DNA of 38,574 bases from an uncultured Flavobacteriaceae bacterium (GTDB lineage: Bacteria; Bacteroidota; Bacteroidia; Flavobacteriales; Flavobacteriaceae), in assembly GCA_964428855.1 (NCBI GenBank), contig CAYRZY010000002.1, positions 7,597 to 46,170 of the forward strand, written 5' to 3'. A model generated the notes under the pieces. The model did not search any database. It saw nothing but the letters and a program-made list of their open reading frames with translations, and was not told the DNA's origin. Position numbers and translations under genes: made by a program. Of this stretch, positions 7,996 through 17,682 are shown piece by piece. Positions within the stretch are counted from its first letter, which is position 1. Every line of letters begins with the position of its first letter.

Positions 7996-9210
7996 TTAAT
8001 CTTGATCTAATTGCTTTCTTAAGGGCAGGATGAAATTCAAATAGTCATCTTTCAACGCTTCTTCAATAGGTTTAGCTGATGGTAATTTTTGTCTAAAAGG
8101 ATCTACTTGTTTTCCGTTTTTCCAAAAGCGATAACATACATGTGGTCCTGAGGTATTTCCTGTCATACCTACTGTACCAATAACATCGCCTTGCTTGACA
8201 TAATCACCCTTTTTCACCTTACGTCTTTGCATGTGTAAGTATTGTGTAGTATACGTTGAATTGTGTTTGATTTTTACATAATTACCATTACCGCCTCTTC
8301 GTGCAGATGCGATTACGGTTCCGTTGGCAGTAGCCATTATTGGGGTACCAACTGCTGCTGCAAAATCGGTTCCTTTATGGGGTTTTATTCTTCCGTAATA
8401 ACGTATGTATCTTTTTAGATTGTATCTAGATGAGATTCTACTAAACTGAAGCGGTGCTTTTAAAAACTGACGACGTAATGTGTTTGCTTTCTCATCGTAA
8501 TAATCAGAAATATTTTTGGTTGAATCGGTTATGTATCGAAAAGCATAAAAAGGCATTTTTTTATGTTCAAAATAAGCTGCTTTAATATCGCCAATACCAA
8601 CTGAAACCGTATCATCAATAAACCGTTCTTCGTAAATTACTTTAAATTTATCCTCTTTTTGAAGGTGGAAAAAATCTATCGCCCAAGCATAAATATCAGA
8701 CATTTCGTTTACCAAAGCATAATCTAAACCTGCTTCATCCATCGCTTCAGATAATGAAGTTTTAATACTACCTGTTGCTTTTTTTATTACTGTTTTTACA
8801 GGTTTTTTAAACGGTTGAGCTTTGATAGAGTCTGTAAAATCAATAACTACATAATCTACCTTATTAGGTTGGTAAATAAAAATTAATGCTTTTTCTGTGG
8901 TGTCTTTTGTAGCTAAAATAGTATAAGGCTTGCCTGTTCTAAGTCTACGAACATCAAAAGAATCTTTAGAGGCTTCAACAATTTTGTAAATTTCAGAGAA
9001 ATCTACATGATTTCTGTATAGAATTTCACCGAAACTTTCATTTTTTCTAATAGTATCTTCAACAACTTTATAGTCATTATAGATATAGCCAAACTTCTGA
9101 ATAATTTTTGGAACTTCAGTTTTTGAAGCAATTGGCTCTTCTTTTTTAACTTCTTCTTTTTTACATGAAAAAAATAAAACTATAGCTATAAGCAGTATAA
9201 CGTTTTTCAA
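7996..9210 (-). CDS. M23 peptidoglycan DD-metalloendopeptidase (MepM-like), lipoprotein
   Basis: HKGTDFAA (HxxxD), YLHM and GNTSGPHVCY motifs; lipobox LFFSC. TTG at 9210 gives a normal-length signal peptide (ORF track starts at 9243). Confidence 0.9.
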   Translation of the reverse strand: MKNVILLIAIVLFFSCKKEEVKKEEPIASKTEVPKIIQKFGYIYNDYKVVEDTIRKNESFGEILYRNHVDFSEIYKIVEASKDSFDVRRLRTGKPYTILATKDTTEKALIFIYQPNKVDYVVIDFTDSIKAQPFKKPVKTVIKKATGSIKTSLSEAMDEAGLDYALVNEMSDIYAWAIDFFHLQKEDKFKVIYEERFIDDTVSVGIGDIKAAYFEHKKMPFYAFRYITDSTKNISDYYDEKANTLRRQFLKAPLQFSRISSRYNLKRYIRYYGRIKPHKGTDFAAAVGTPIMATANGTVIASARRGGNGNYVKIKHNSTYTTQYLHMQRRKVKKGDYVKQGDVIGTVGMTGNTSGPHVCYRFWKNGKQVDPFRQKLPSAKPIEEALKDDYLNFILPLRKQLDQD

Positions 9211-9566
9211 TTGATTTTTGCATTTAATAGTTAAAGGGTGCAAATCTACAGCTTTAACCTATAGTATGCAATAGAATTAGCTTATTATCAAGGCAAACTC
9301 ACACTTTAATTTTGGTTGTTTTTATCACGAACTCACCTGTCAGGCGAGCAGGTACACAAATTATATTATTAAATGCAAAAAAAATAGAAATTAGTGTCCC
9401 GTTGCTTCGGGAGTGACTTTTGTCAAAAATATGAGTTTGCTCGGAGCTTATTATGAGGTGAATTTATCTTTTTTTGGCAGTCACTCTGCAATCAACAGCC
9501 TCGATCCAAAAATACGAAGTAGGCTTCCGAAAAATATTTTTAATGAGACCAAGCCTTGTGGAACTA

Positions 9567-9583
9567 AACCCTCAATGAGGGTT
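9567..9583 (-). terminator. Hairpin overlapping the DUF3108 stop codon
   Basis: AACCCTC-AAT-GAGGGTT with only a short T tract. Confidence 0.45.
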
Positions 9584-10352
9584 AAAAAATTATTGGAAAT
9601 GAGTTTGTTAAACCTTTAAACATATCTAAATCGGCTCTTAAAGACCCTACAGAAAGTGAAGCTTTTATAAGCAACGGAATTTTATTTTTATCATCACTAA
9701 CCCAAACGGTAATACTTTCTTTTTCTTTAAATACTCTACCTGCTTGTACTATAGGTCTGAATTTTACTGCAGCTACCTTACCAAATTTAGTCGTTATAAC
9801 TTCTCTACCTAACAATTTTAATTTAAACGGAAAGTTTTTTTCATCAAAAAACATGGTTAGTGTAACTACATCGCCAGTTTTCATTTTACTAATATCTTGA
9901 CTTCTTAAATAGTATAAAGTAGAAATCATGTCTTGTACATTTTTATGTGTAGAATAACTCCCTTTCTTATTATGTTTATGGTCTTTAACAGTAGCTTTTC
10001 TAGTAGCTTGATTAAATAATATTTCTTTGTTTTTGGTATGACCACCTTCATTAATTTTTCTTAAAAATCGATACGGTAATAAAGATTCTTTATAAAAATA
10101 TGACTGATAAATATCTTTCACATCAAAAAACCAACCTGTAACTCCTGTTGTTTTTCCTTTTCCAATAATATGAAAAGCTTCTTTACCATTATTTTTAGTT
10201 TCAGTTACTTTTAATGTAGCCGAACCTGCATTAAAGAAATTACTATAACTCACTCTATATTTTAAAACCTCTCCTTTTTTAAAAGCCTTGGTTTGTGCAT
10301 TCGTAAATGTTACTGTGATAAGTAATAGTAGTAATAGTATATATTTCTTCAT
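9582..10352 (-). CDS. DUF3108 domain-containing exported protein
   Basis: Signal peptide; GEVLKYRVSY, FFDVKDIYQSY, TKFGKV, GRVFKEKES and DDKNKIP motifs. Confidence 0.85.
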   Translation of the reverse strand: MKKYILLLLLLITVTFTNAQTKAFKKGEVLKYRVSYSNFFNAGSATLKVTETKNNGKEAFHIIGKGKTTGVTGWFFDVKDIYQSYFYKESLLPYRFLRKINEGGHTKNKEILFNQATRKATVKDHKHNKKGSYSTHKNVQDMISTLYYLRSQDISKMKTGDVVTLTMFFDEKNFPFKLKLLGREVITTKFGKVAAVKFRPIVQAGRVFKEKESITVWVSDDKNKIPLLIKASLSVGSLRADLDMFKGLTNSFPIIF

Positions 10353-10379
10353 GATTAGTGGTTATTTAGTATAGAAAAT

Positions 10380-10394
10380 ACAAATTCCGTTCCA
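10380..10394 (-). promoter_or_regulatory. sigma54-like -24/-12 promoter upstream of DUF3108
   Basis: Minus strand TGGAACGGAATTTGT has correct GG-N10-G spacing, 27 bp before the ATG. Confidence 0.55.
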
Positions 10395-10427
10395 AAAATT
10401 ATTTTACCTATTATTTATACGTTTTAA

Positions 10428-11378
10428 TTAGGATAATATTATATACGAAGTCAAGTTTGTGACTCCCCAATTGTCTAATTCTTCGGTACTCCATAACTCA
10501 GGAAAAAATATTCTCTTCTGATATTTAGGGTGCATATACTTTTGCCAATCACTACCACCAGTAGCTTCAGTGTCTTCACCTTCACTTAATAAATACTTAC
10601 AAGCAGCCTCATAATGATGCATTACCCAATTGATATTTACGGTATGATCAAAATGACGCATAGCATTTATCAAACCAATATCTTCTTTAACTTCTTTTGG
10701 GAGGCTTTTGTATTTGTCGTACAAATTAATCTCATTATATTCTTTCATTAACCGTACCAATTCACCTTTATACTTGTCTTCAAACTCTTTGAGTAGGTAT
10801 GATTTTTCACCCGTTTTATGATCTTTACCTGCGGCTTGCCAATACATATTGTCAAAAGCATGTTCATAAGGTGTGTTTGTGTCTATGGTTGCTCTAAATC
10901 GAACATCTATTAAGTTGATAAGGTCTGTAGCACATATTTCTATCATTCTATATTGAGCTGATTGAAATCCGCTTGCAGGAGTTAGCGTGTCTCTAAATTT
11001 CATGTATTGAGCTACTTCCATACCTTCGCCCATCACGTCAAAAGAAGTAGAAAGCATATCAAAATATCGACTTATCCTACCTAATCTAGAGCTAAAAAAT
11101 TCAGCCGTTAGGTTTTTGTGATGCGAGATTTGCTGCATTTCCCATAAAATCATTTTAAAAATAAGCTCATTAACTTGATGGTACATCAAAAAGATCATTT
11201 CATCAGGAAAAACAGTGCGTTGCACTTGAAGGTTTAGTAAAGCATCGGTTTGAACAAAATCCCAATAACGGATAGGTTTGCTGTATAATAGTCCATCAAG
11301 ATGCGTTTCTAAATCTTGATCAATAGCATCGTATTTGCTTTTTAATTGCTCAATTTTTTGTTCTATATTTTTGTCCAT
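10428..11378 (-). CDS. kynA: Tryptophan 2,3-dioxygenase
   Basis: DEMIFLMYHQVNEL, FRDTLTPASGFQSAQYR and ATGGS motifs of the TDO family. Confidence 0.9.
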   Translation of the reverse strand: MDKNIEQKIEQLKSKYDAIDQDLETHLDGLLYSKPIRYWDFVQTDALLNLQVQRTVFPDEMIFLMYHQVNELIFKMILWEMQQISHHKNLTAEFFSSRLGRISRYFDMLSTSFDVMGEGMEVAQYMKFRDTLTPASGFQSAQYRMIEICATDLINLIDVRFRATIDTNTPYEHAFDNMYWQAAGKDHKTGEKSYLLKEFEDKYKGELVRLMKEYNEINLYDKYKSLPKEVKEDIGLINAMRHFDHTVNINWVMHHYEAACKYLLSEGEDTEATGGSDWQKYMHPKYQKRIFFPELWSTEELDNWGVTNLTSYIILS

Positions 11379-11438
11379 AATTCTTTAAGTTTTTTATAAT
11401 TATTACTAGAGATTCTTCTATTAACCTGATTAATAATT

Positions 11439-12761
11439 CTAATTAAATGTGTTTTCTATTTTTAAAATTTTTTCTGTGCTTTCTGTCACTTTAAACCTAT
11501 CGTCTAATCGATAATTTACAATCCAAATAATTTTATCATCTGCACAAAGCAACCAAGTTGCTTCTTTTTGAATTAATGAAAATTTTTCGTCTTTAAAATA
11601 CTTGCTTACTTTTTTCTTGCCTTGCATCCCTAAAGGATAAAAATAATCACCTTTCTTCCATTTACGAAGCACTAAAGGCCATTGAACTTTATCTTTATCA
11701 ATAAATATAGTATTTAAATGGCTTATAATATTGTCTTCTGTCAATTCAGAAATTCTTAGCTTGATGTTATCTGCCTCAATGGTTGTCTGATTTTCATCAA
11801 TACAAAACTCTAAATTCTTCGTGTCGGATGAAATTTTTGATACCATTAACACCTCTCTATCTTTTAATAAGCGATGCGTTTTACTAAATACTTCCTTGCC
11901 AGATTGGGCTTCCAATAAATTGATGACATCATTCCACGCTGTAAAACCAAAAGGTTTTAGAATTTCATACAAATAAGCTTTCGGATATTTCAATTTTTTC
12001 AGTTCATCAATTTTCAGTTGAATCTCATGGTTACTTGTACTAATTACAATTGTTTCTTTTGCAGTATCAACAGCTTCATCAATAATCTGACGGGTTTCTT
12101 TTAAATGGCAGATTGTCTTCGAAAATCCGTCTAAAAAATTAGGGTTTAATCCTTTTAAAGCTGGAATTACCTCATGTCTAATTTTATTTCTTAAGTACTT
12201 AGTTTCGGCATTGCTAGCATCTTCTCGCCAAGTCAAATGATGTGTTTTGGCATACTGTTCAATTTCATTTCTAGTAAAAGGCAGTAAAAGTCTTAATACA
12301 TTGTTATTCTTTTCAGGGATGCCTGTCAAACCATCTAAACCCGTACCTCTACTCAAATTGATGATAAAGGTTTCTAGGCTATCATCAGCATGATGTGCCG
12401 TTAAAATATAATCAAAATTATGTTTCTTTACTAAAGCATAAAACCAATCATACCTCAATTGCCTTGCTGCCAATTGAATGGATAACTTCTCTTGTTTTGC
12501 AAAATTTTTGGTGTCAAATTTTTTGATAAAAAAAGGTGTTTTTAAACTCTTGGCTAACGTATTTACAAAAGCTTCATCTTGGTCAGCATCTACACCTCGT
12601 AATTGAAAATTACAATGTGCCAACGTGATATTATAATCTAATTTAGCCAGTAAATTGGTCAATACAACACTGTCTAATCCGCCAGAAATAGCTAGTAATA
12701 GGTTTTTACTTTTTAAGTCAGTAAAATTAGTGGTGATATGTTGAGAAAATTGTATGAACAA
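11439..12761 (-). CDS. tilS: tRNA(Ile)-lysidine synthetase
   Basis: PP-loop AISGGLDS, AARQLRY, TAHHADD, WREDASN, LRNKIRH and a TilS C-terminal domain. Start placed at TTG 12761 (track: 12779). Confidence 0.95.
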   Translation of the reverse strand: MFIQFSQHITTNFTDLKSKNLLLAISGGLDSVVLTNLLAKLDYNITLAHCNFQLRGVDADQDEAFVNTLAKSLKTPFFIKKFDTKNFAKQEKLSIQLAARQLRYDWFYALVKKHNFDYILTAHHADDSLETFIINLSRGTGLDGLTGIPEKNNNVLRLLLPFTRNEIEQYAKTHHLTWREDASNAETKYLRNKIRHEVIPALKGLNPNFLDGFSKTICHLKETRQIIDEAVDTAKETIVISTSNHEIQLKIDELKKLKYPKAYLYEILKPFGFTAWNDVINLLEAQSGKEVFSKTHRLLKDREVLMVSKISSDTKNLEFCIDENQTTIEADNIKLRISELTEDNIISHLNTIFIDKDKVQWPLVLRKWKKGDYFYPLGMQGKKKVSKYFKDEKFSLIQKEATWLLCADDKIIWIVNYRLDDRFKVTESTEKILKIENTFN

Positions 12762-12811
12762 ATCTTTGTAAAGATACAATTTTGTTTAATCTCTAATGAA
12801 TTTCAAAACAC

Positions 12812-12848
12812 AAAAAAATCCCCATTAAAAATTTAATGAGGGGTTTTT
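12812..12848 (-). terminator. Intrinsic terminator downstream of prc
   Basis: AAAAATCCCCATTAAA-AA-TTTAATGAGGGGTTTTT stem flanked by A/T runs. Confidence 0.65.
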
Positions 12849-12867
12849 AAAATTATTTTTTCTCACC

Positions 12868-12909
12868 CGAAACTGAAAAAGGCAGTTTCGACCTCTCCAA
12901 AGGAGAGGT
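12868..12909. repeat. REP-like double hairpin
   Basis: CGAAACTG-N7-CAGTTTCG followed by ACCTCTCC-AAA-GGAGAGGT; a related CCTCTCCGAAGGAAAGG is at ~29473. Confidence 0.6.
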
Positions 12910-12956
12910 AAATCGAAAACTCCGAGGTAAAGTCTAAGGAAATTATTTAGATGAAA

Positions 12957-15089
12957 TCACCCTTTAACTAACGCTTTATATTTTTTAATCTTTAATTCAC
13001 CCAATACATTTAAAGCCTCTTCAACATAAATATCTTTACTTAAGTTTTCATGCCAAATCTCTCGTTTTTGTGCAAGAACAGAGTCCGCTTTTATCAATGG
13101 CAACTCATAATTAGGTGATACAAAACTCAACTTATTTTCATACTCGTAAATAGGCTTAAATTTTTCTGCTTCATTTTCTCTTTCGTCTAGGTCTTCTTTA
13201 TATTTTTCATAATTTAAGAAGACTGTTGTATCGTCTTGCCCTTCTTTTAACCATTTGGCATTTTTGTCAATCAACATGAATTGCTCACTTACAGCAATTC
13301 TTTTTTTACTGTTGTTTACTACTTCTTGAAAATTTTCGTAACCATCCCAGAGGTTATATTTTGCACTTTCTATTTTATCCCATGCCAATGGATTCTCTTC
13401 ATCTCGTTCGCCAATTTCCATATAAGAATATCGGTCTGGTAAAGCCACATCAGACATTACACCTTTTAATTGTGTTGAGCCACCGTTAATTCTATAAAAC
13501 TTCTGAATGGTCATTTTTAAAGCTCCTAAATCTTTAGAATACTTATAATAATTGTTCAATGGTAATAAATTTTGGACTGTACCTTTACCAAAAGTTTGTT
13601 TACTCCCAATAATTACAGCTCTGTTGTAATCTTGCATAGCCGCCGCAAAAATTTCAGAAGCTGAAGCCGATAATTCATTCACTAAAATTACCAAAGGCTT
13701 ATTCCATTGAATATTAAAATCTTTATCAGAACGTACTTTCGGTACACCGTCTTTATATCTTACCTGAACCACAGGGCCTTCTTTAATAAACAAACCTGCA
13801 ATATCAATAGCAGTTTCTAATGAGCCACCACCGTTATTACGTAAATCAATAACCAAGCCTTCAACATTTTCTTGGTTCATCCTTTCTATTTCTCGTGCCA
13901 TGTCAGTAGCAGAATTTCTAAAATTCTTTTCGCTAAAATCTATGTAAAACTTAGGAAGGTTAATCAAACCGAATTTTCTATTGTCTTTAGTAACTATACT
14001 GGTTTTTGCAAAAGTTTCTTCCAATTCAACCACATCTCTAATAATAGAAATTACTTGTATGGCTCCGTCTAATTTTTTTATTGTTAGTCTTACTTCACTT
14101 CCTTTTTTACCTTTAATAAACTCAATAGCATCGTCTAAACGCATACCTACAATATCTAAAGGTTCACCATCTGCTTGAGCCACTTTTAAAATAAAGTCTC
14201 CTACTTCTAAATCACCAGCTCTCCAAGCAGGTCCTCCAGAAATAAGCTCAGCAACCTTAGTGTATTCACCTTTCTTTTGTAATCTGGCACCAATTCCTTC
14301 AATTTTACCTGCCATGTCAATATCAAATTTCTTTTTTACTCTAGGTGCAAAATAAGAAGTATGAGGATCAAACTCTTGAGAAATACTATTGATATACACT
14401 GAAAATAAATCATCATCATCTAAATCATCTTTAAAATCGAAAAACTCTTCCATGCTTTTCAAAGTAGCTTCTCTTGCTTCAATTTCTAAGGCATCAAAAG
14501 TTTTCATTTTGTATTGAGCCGAATCTTTTAATTTGTCTTCTTCTGATTCTAATTTAGAATGCAAACGTGATAACGTAGATAGTTTTAATTGTTTTTGCCA
14601 ATTGATAATTAACTCTACTTCATTTTTTGGGAAAGCTTTTTTGACATATTTAACATCAAAAACTTCATCTTTAGTATAATCAAAAGGATATTTTAAAATT
14701 TCTTTATAAAACCCTTTAGATTCTTGTAAACGTTGTAAATATTTTTTAGATACTGTTCTGTAAAAAGTTAATTTTTCAGCTTTAATTTCATCATCAATTT
14801 TATCTTTATAAATTTCAAAACTTTTAAGGTCTTCTTGTGTAAAGAATCGTTTTGCCGGGTCTAAACCTTCAATAAAATCGGTATAAATAGCGTTAGAAAA
14901 TTCGTCATTAATATCCTGTGGCTGATAATGCCCTTGAGTTAATGCATATTTTATCAACCCAAGTAGTATTTTATCTTTTTCTGGATCAGCATTATTTCTG
15001 ATGTTAAAACTTAATAACACCACTGCCAATAAAATTACTGGAAGTATAATCTTGTAATTTGACTTCATAAATTCAATCGTTTTTTTCAT
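12957..15089 (-). CDS. prc: Carboxy-terminal processing (tail-specific) protease, S41A
   Basis: DPHTSYF, PDZ GIGA...GGPA, DLRNNGGG, catalytic SASASEIF and TFGKGTVQ, KFYRINGGSTQ. Confidence 0.95.
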   Translation of the reverse strand: MKKTIEFMKSNYKIILPVILLAVVLLSFNIRNNADPEKDKILLGLIKYALTQGHYQPQDINDEFSNAIYTDFIEGLDPAKRFFTQEDLKSFEIYKDKIDDEIKAEKLTFYRTVSKKYLQRLQESKGFYKEILKYPFDYTKDEVFDVKYVKKAFPKNEVELIINWQKQLKLSTLSRLHSKLESEEDKLKDSAQYKMKTFDALEIEAREATLKSMEEFFDFKDDLDDDDLFSVYINSISQEFDPHTSYFAPRVKKKFDIDMAGKIEGIGARLQKKGEYTKVAELISGGPAWRAGDLEVGDFILKVAQADGEPLDIVGMRLDDAIEFIKGKKGSEVRLTIKKLDGAIQVISIIRDVVELEETFAKTSIVTKDNRKFGLINLPKFYIDFSEKNFRNSATDMAREIERMNQENVEGLVIDLRNNGGGSLETAIDIAGLFIKEGPVVQVRYKDGVPKVRSDKDFNIQWNKPLVILVNELSASASEIFAAAMQDYNRAVIIGSKQTFGKGTVQNLLPLNNYYKYSKDLGALKMTIQKFYRINGGSTQLKGVMSDVALPDRYSYMEIGERDEENPLAWDKIESAKYNLWDGYENFQEVVNNSKKRIAVSEQFMLIDKNAKWLKEGQDDTTVFLNYEKYKEDLDERENEAEKFKPIYEYENKLSFVSPNYELPLIKADSVLAQKREIWHENLSKDIYVEEALNVLGELKIKKYKALVKG

Positions 15090-15110
15090 TTAATCAACTA
15101 TTACCAAACA

Positions 15111-15125
15111 TCTAAAATAGTGCCA
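15111..15125 (-). promoter_or_regulatory. sigma54-like promoter upstream of prc
   Basis: Minus strand TGGCACTATTTTAGA: perfect -24 TGGCAC, degenerate -12. Confidence 0.45.
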
Positions 15126-15237
15126 ATTATTCACTTTCTAAAGGTTTTAACATTTTTTTTGCAATTGACCAAAGACTTTAGGACATTCCTATTCTATAAT
15201 AATCTTATCTGTTAACGTAAAAAAATACTATTTTTGT

Positions 15238-16026
15238 ATGTCTGTTATAAAAAATATGAATAAAAAACCTTTAATTTTAATATGCAATGACGATGGCATA
15301 ACTGCACCGGGTATTAGAGCTCTAATTTCTGTAATGAATGAAATAGGTGATGTTGTTGTGGTTGCTCCTGATACTCCGCAAAGTGGTATGGGGCATGCTA
15401 TTACTATCAATACTACTTTAAAATGCAATCCTGTTACTATTGATGAAGGCCCTCAATTAGAATATAGTTGTTCTGGCACACCTGCCGATTGTGTTAAAAT
15501 GGCAGTTAGTGAAATTTTAAATAAAAAACCTGATTTATGTGTTTCTGGTATCAATCATGGTTCTAATGCTTCATTAAATGTTATCTATTCAGGCACAATG
15601 AGTGCCGCCGTTGAAGCTGGTATTGAAGGAATACCTGCAGTTGGGTTTTCATTATTAAATTATAAATGGGATGCCAATTTCGACGCTTGTAAAAGCTATG
15701 TAAAAAAAATAACTGAAAACATCTTACAACAAAAATTACCTGAAGGCATTGTTCTTAATGTGAATATACCAGACTTAAAAGAAGAAGAAATAAAAGGAAT
15801 TAGAGTTTGTAGACAAGCACATGGCAATTGGAAAGAGAAATTTGAAAAACGTGTAAGCCCTCAAGGGGAAGATTATTATTGGCTTACCGGAAAGTTTGAA
15901 AATCTTGACCAAGGTGAAGATACAGATCTTTGGGCGTTGGAAAATGGTTATGTGTCAGTAGTACCTGTAAAATTTGACTTGACCGCTCACCACTATATTC
16001 AAAAATTAAATAATTGGGATTTATGA
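15238..16026 (+). CDS. surE: 5'/3'-nucleotidase SurE
   Basis: NDDG, APGI, QSGMG, GTPADCV, SGINHG and YSGT motifs. True start may be the ATG at 15256. Confidence 0.96.
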   Translation: MSVIKNMNKKPLILICNDDGITAPGIRALISVMNEIGDVVVVAPDTPQSGMGHAITINTTLKCNPVTIDEGPQLEYSCSGTPADCVKMAVSEILNKKPDLCVSGINHGSNASLNVIYSGTMSAAVEAGIEGIPAVGFSLLNYKWDANFDACKSYVKKITENILQQKLPEGIVLNVNIPDLKEEEIKGIRVCRQAHGNWKEKFEKRVSPQGEDYYWLTGKFENLDQGEDTDLWALENGYVSVVPVKFDLTAHHYIQKLNNWDL

Positions 16027-16304
16027 TTACTAAAGAAATACTTATCGGATTTTTAATTGGATTGGCTGCAACTGCAGGAGGCTTCTTTTTGTATGTCGAA
16101 TATGCTTTAGATGGTACTTTTCAAGATGCTTTATGGGTCTTAAAAGAAAACAGTTTATACGGACAGGTACTAAGTATCGCTGCGATTCCAAATTTATTAG
16201 TGTTTTTTGTTTTTATCAAAAAAAAGAAAGATTATAGAGCAAGAGGTGTGCTTATTGCGACACTTTTAGTTGCATTATTGATACTAATAGCACAATTTAT
16301 TTAA
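16023..16304 (+). CDS. Small conserved membrane protein
   Basis: Three hydrophobic segments. ATGA overlap with the surE stop at 16023; ends 1 bp before lpxB. Confidence 0.8.
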   Translation: MITKEILIGFLIGLAATAGGFFLYVEYALDGTFQDALWVLKENSLYGQVLSIAAIPNLLVFFVFIKKKKDYRARGVLIATLLVALLILIAQFI

Positions 16305-16305
16305 A

Positions 16306-17415
16306 GTGAAATATTATATAATTGCCGGTGAAGCTTCAGGAGATTTGCATGCGTCAAATTTAATGAAAGCACTTTTTAAAAAAGACCCTACTGCCGAAAT
16401 TCATTTTTGGGGTGGCGATTTAATGCAACAAACCGGAGGAACACTAATAAAACACTATAAAGAATTGTCTTTTATGGGTTTCATTGAGGTTGTCATGAAT
16501 ATTGGCACCATCTTTAAAAACATTTCTTTTTGTAAAAAAAATATAGCTGCATTTGAGCCTGATGTTATTATATTTATTGATTATTCTGGTTTTAATTTAC
16601 GTATTGCTAAGTGGGCAAAACAACAAGGTTTTAGAACTAATTATTATATTTCACCTCAAGTTTGGGCTTCAAGAGCTGGTAGAGTCAAAAAAATCAAAAG
16701 AGATATTGACAATATGTATGTTATTCTTCCTTTTGAAGAAGCATTTTACAAAAAACATGGTTATAAAGTCACTTTTGTTGGGCATCCATTAATTGATGCT
16801 ATTGCTGATAGAACATCGATAGATGAGCAACAATTTAGAAAAGAATATCAATTAAATAATAAGCCAATTATTGCTTTATTACCTGGAAGTAGAAAACAAG
16901 AAATTACCAAAATGCTTTCTATACTATTAAAAATGGTTGATAAATTTTCGGATTATCAATTTGTTATTGCTGGAGCACCAAGTCAAGATTTTGAATTTTA
17001 TAAGCCTTTTATAAAAAACAGCACTGTAAAATTCATTTCAAATAAAACCTACGATTTATTATCAGTTTCTTATGCTGCATTAGTTACCTCAGGTACGGCA
17101 ACACTAGAAACCGCCTTATTTAGAGTACCACAAGTGGTTTGTTATAAAGGTAGTACTATTTCTTACCAAATTGCAAAACGGATTATCACCATAAAATTTA
17201 TTTCTTTAGTGAATTTAATTTTAGATAAAGAGATTGTTACAGAGCTTATTCAGAATGATTTTAATGAAAAAGAATTAAGTCAAGAGCTCACTAAAATAGT
17301 AAACGACAAACATAGAGAACAGCTTTTATTAGAATATGCTAAATTAGAAAAAAAATTAGGTGGTGAAGGTGCTAGTGAAAAAACCGCAGAATTGATTGTT
17401 TCAAACTTGAGATGA
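16306..17415 (+). CDS. lpxB: Lipid-A-disaccharide synthase
   Basis: IAGEASGDLH, YISPQVWA, FVGHPL, LLPGSR and SGTATLE; GTG start. Confidence 0.97.
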   Translation: MKYYIIAGEASGDLHASNLMKALFKKDPTAEIHFWGGDLMQQTGGTLIKHYKELSFMGFIEVVMNIGTIFKNISFCKKNIAAFEPDVIIFIDYSGFNLRIAKWAKQQGFRTNYYISPQVWASRAGRVKKIKRDIDNMYVILPFEEAFYKKHGYKVTFVGHPLIDAIADRTSIDEQQFRKEYQLNNKPIIALLPGSRKQEITKMLSILLKMVDKFSDYQFVIAGAPSQDFEFYKPFIKNSTVKFISNKTYDLLSVSYAALVTSGTATLETALFRVPQVVCYKGSTISYQIAKRIITIKFISLVNLILDKEIVTELIQNDFNEKELSQELTKIVNDKHREQLLLEYAKLEKKLGGEGASEKTAELIVSNLR

Positions 17416-17429
17416 TATTTAAGCCTAAA

Positions 17430-17470
17430 TGGGAAAGACCCCAACCGACATGAGATTCGTTTGAGGTCTT
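17430..17470. terminator. Stem-loop after lpxB (possibly bidirectional or sRNA terminator)
   Basis: AAGACCCCAACCGA...TCGTTTGAGGTCTT imperfect inverted repeat. Confidence 0.55.
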
Positions 17471-17682
17471 AAATTAAATAACTCTAAATTTATTTTCTTT
17501 TAAATAGAAAATTTATTGTAAGCAATTATTATTCTTAGATAATAACTGTGTTTTGTTCTACAAATTTAATACAGAAAAGGGTTCGGTGAAAACAAAATAA
17601 ACAAAACACCTTGTTTTCTAAACAAATGGTATCATTTTGCAAATAAATGGTAAATTGAACTCAATAATTTACCTTTATAAAA

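Noticed and set aside
9413-9619. 68-aa + strand ORF
   Set aside because: Runs across repeat remnants and overlaps the DUF3108 3' end antisense; no recognisable features.
17627-17641. sigma54 promoter for comEC (TGGTATCATTTTGCA)
   Set aside because: GG-to-GC spacing is one base too short for RpoN.
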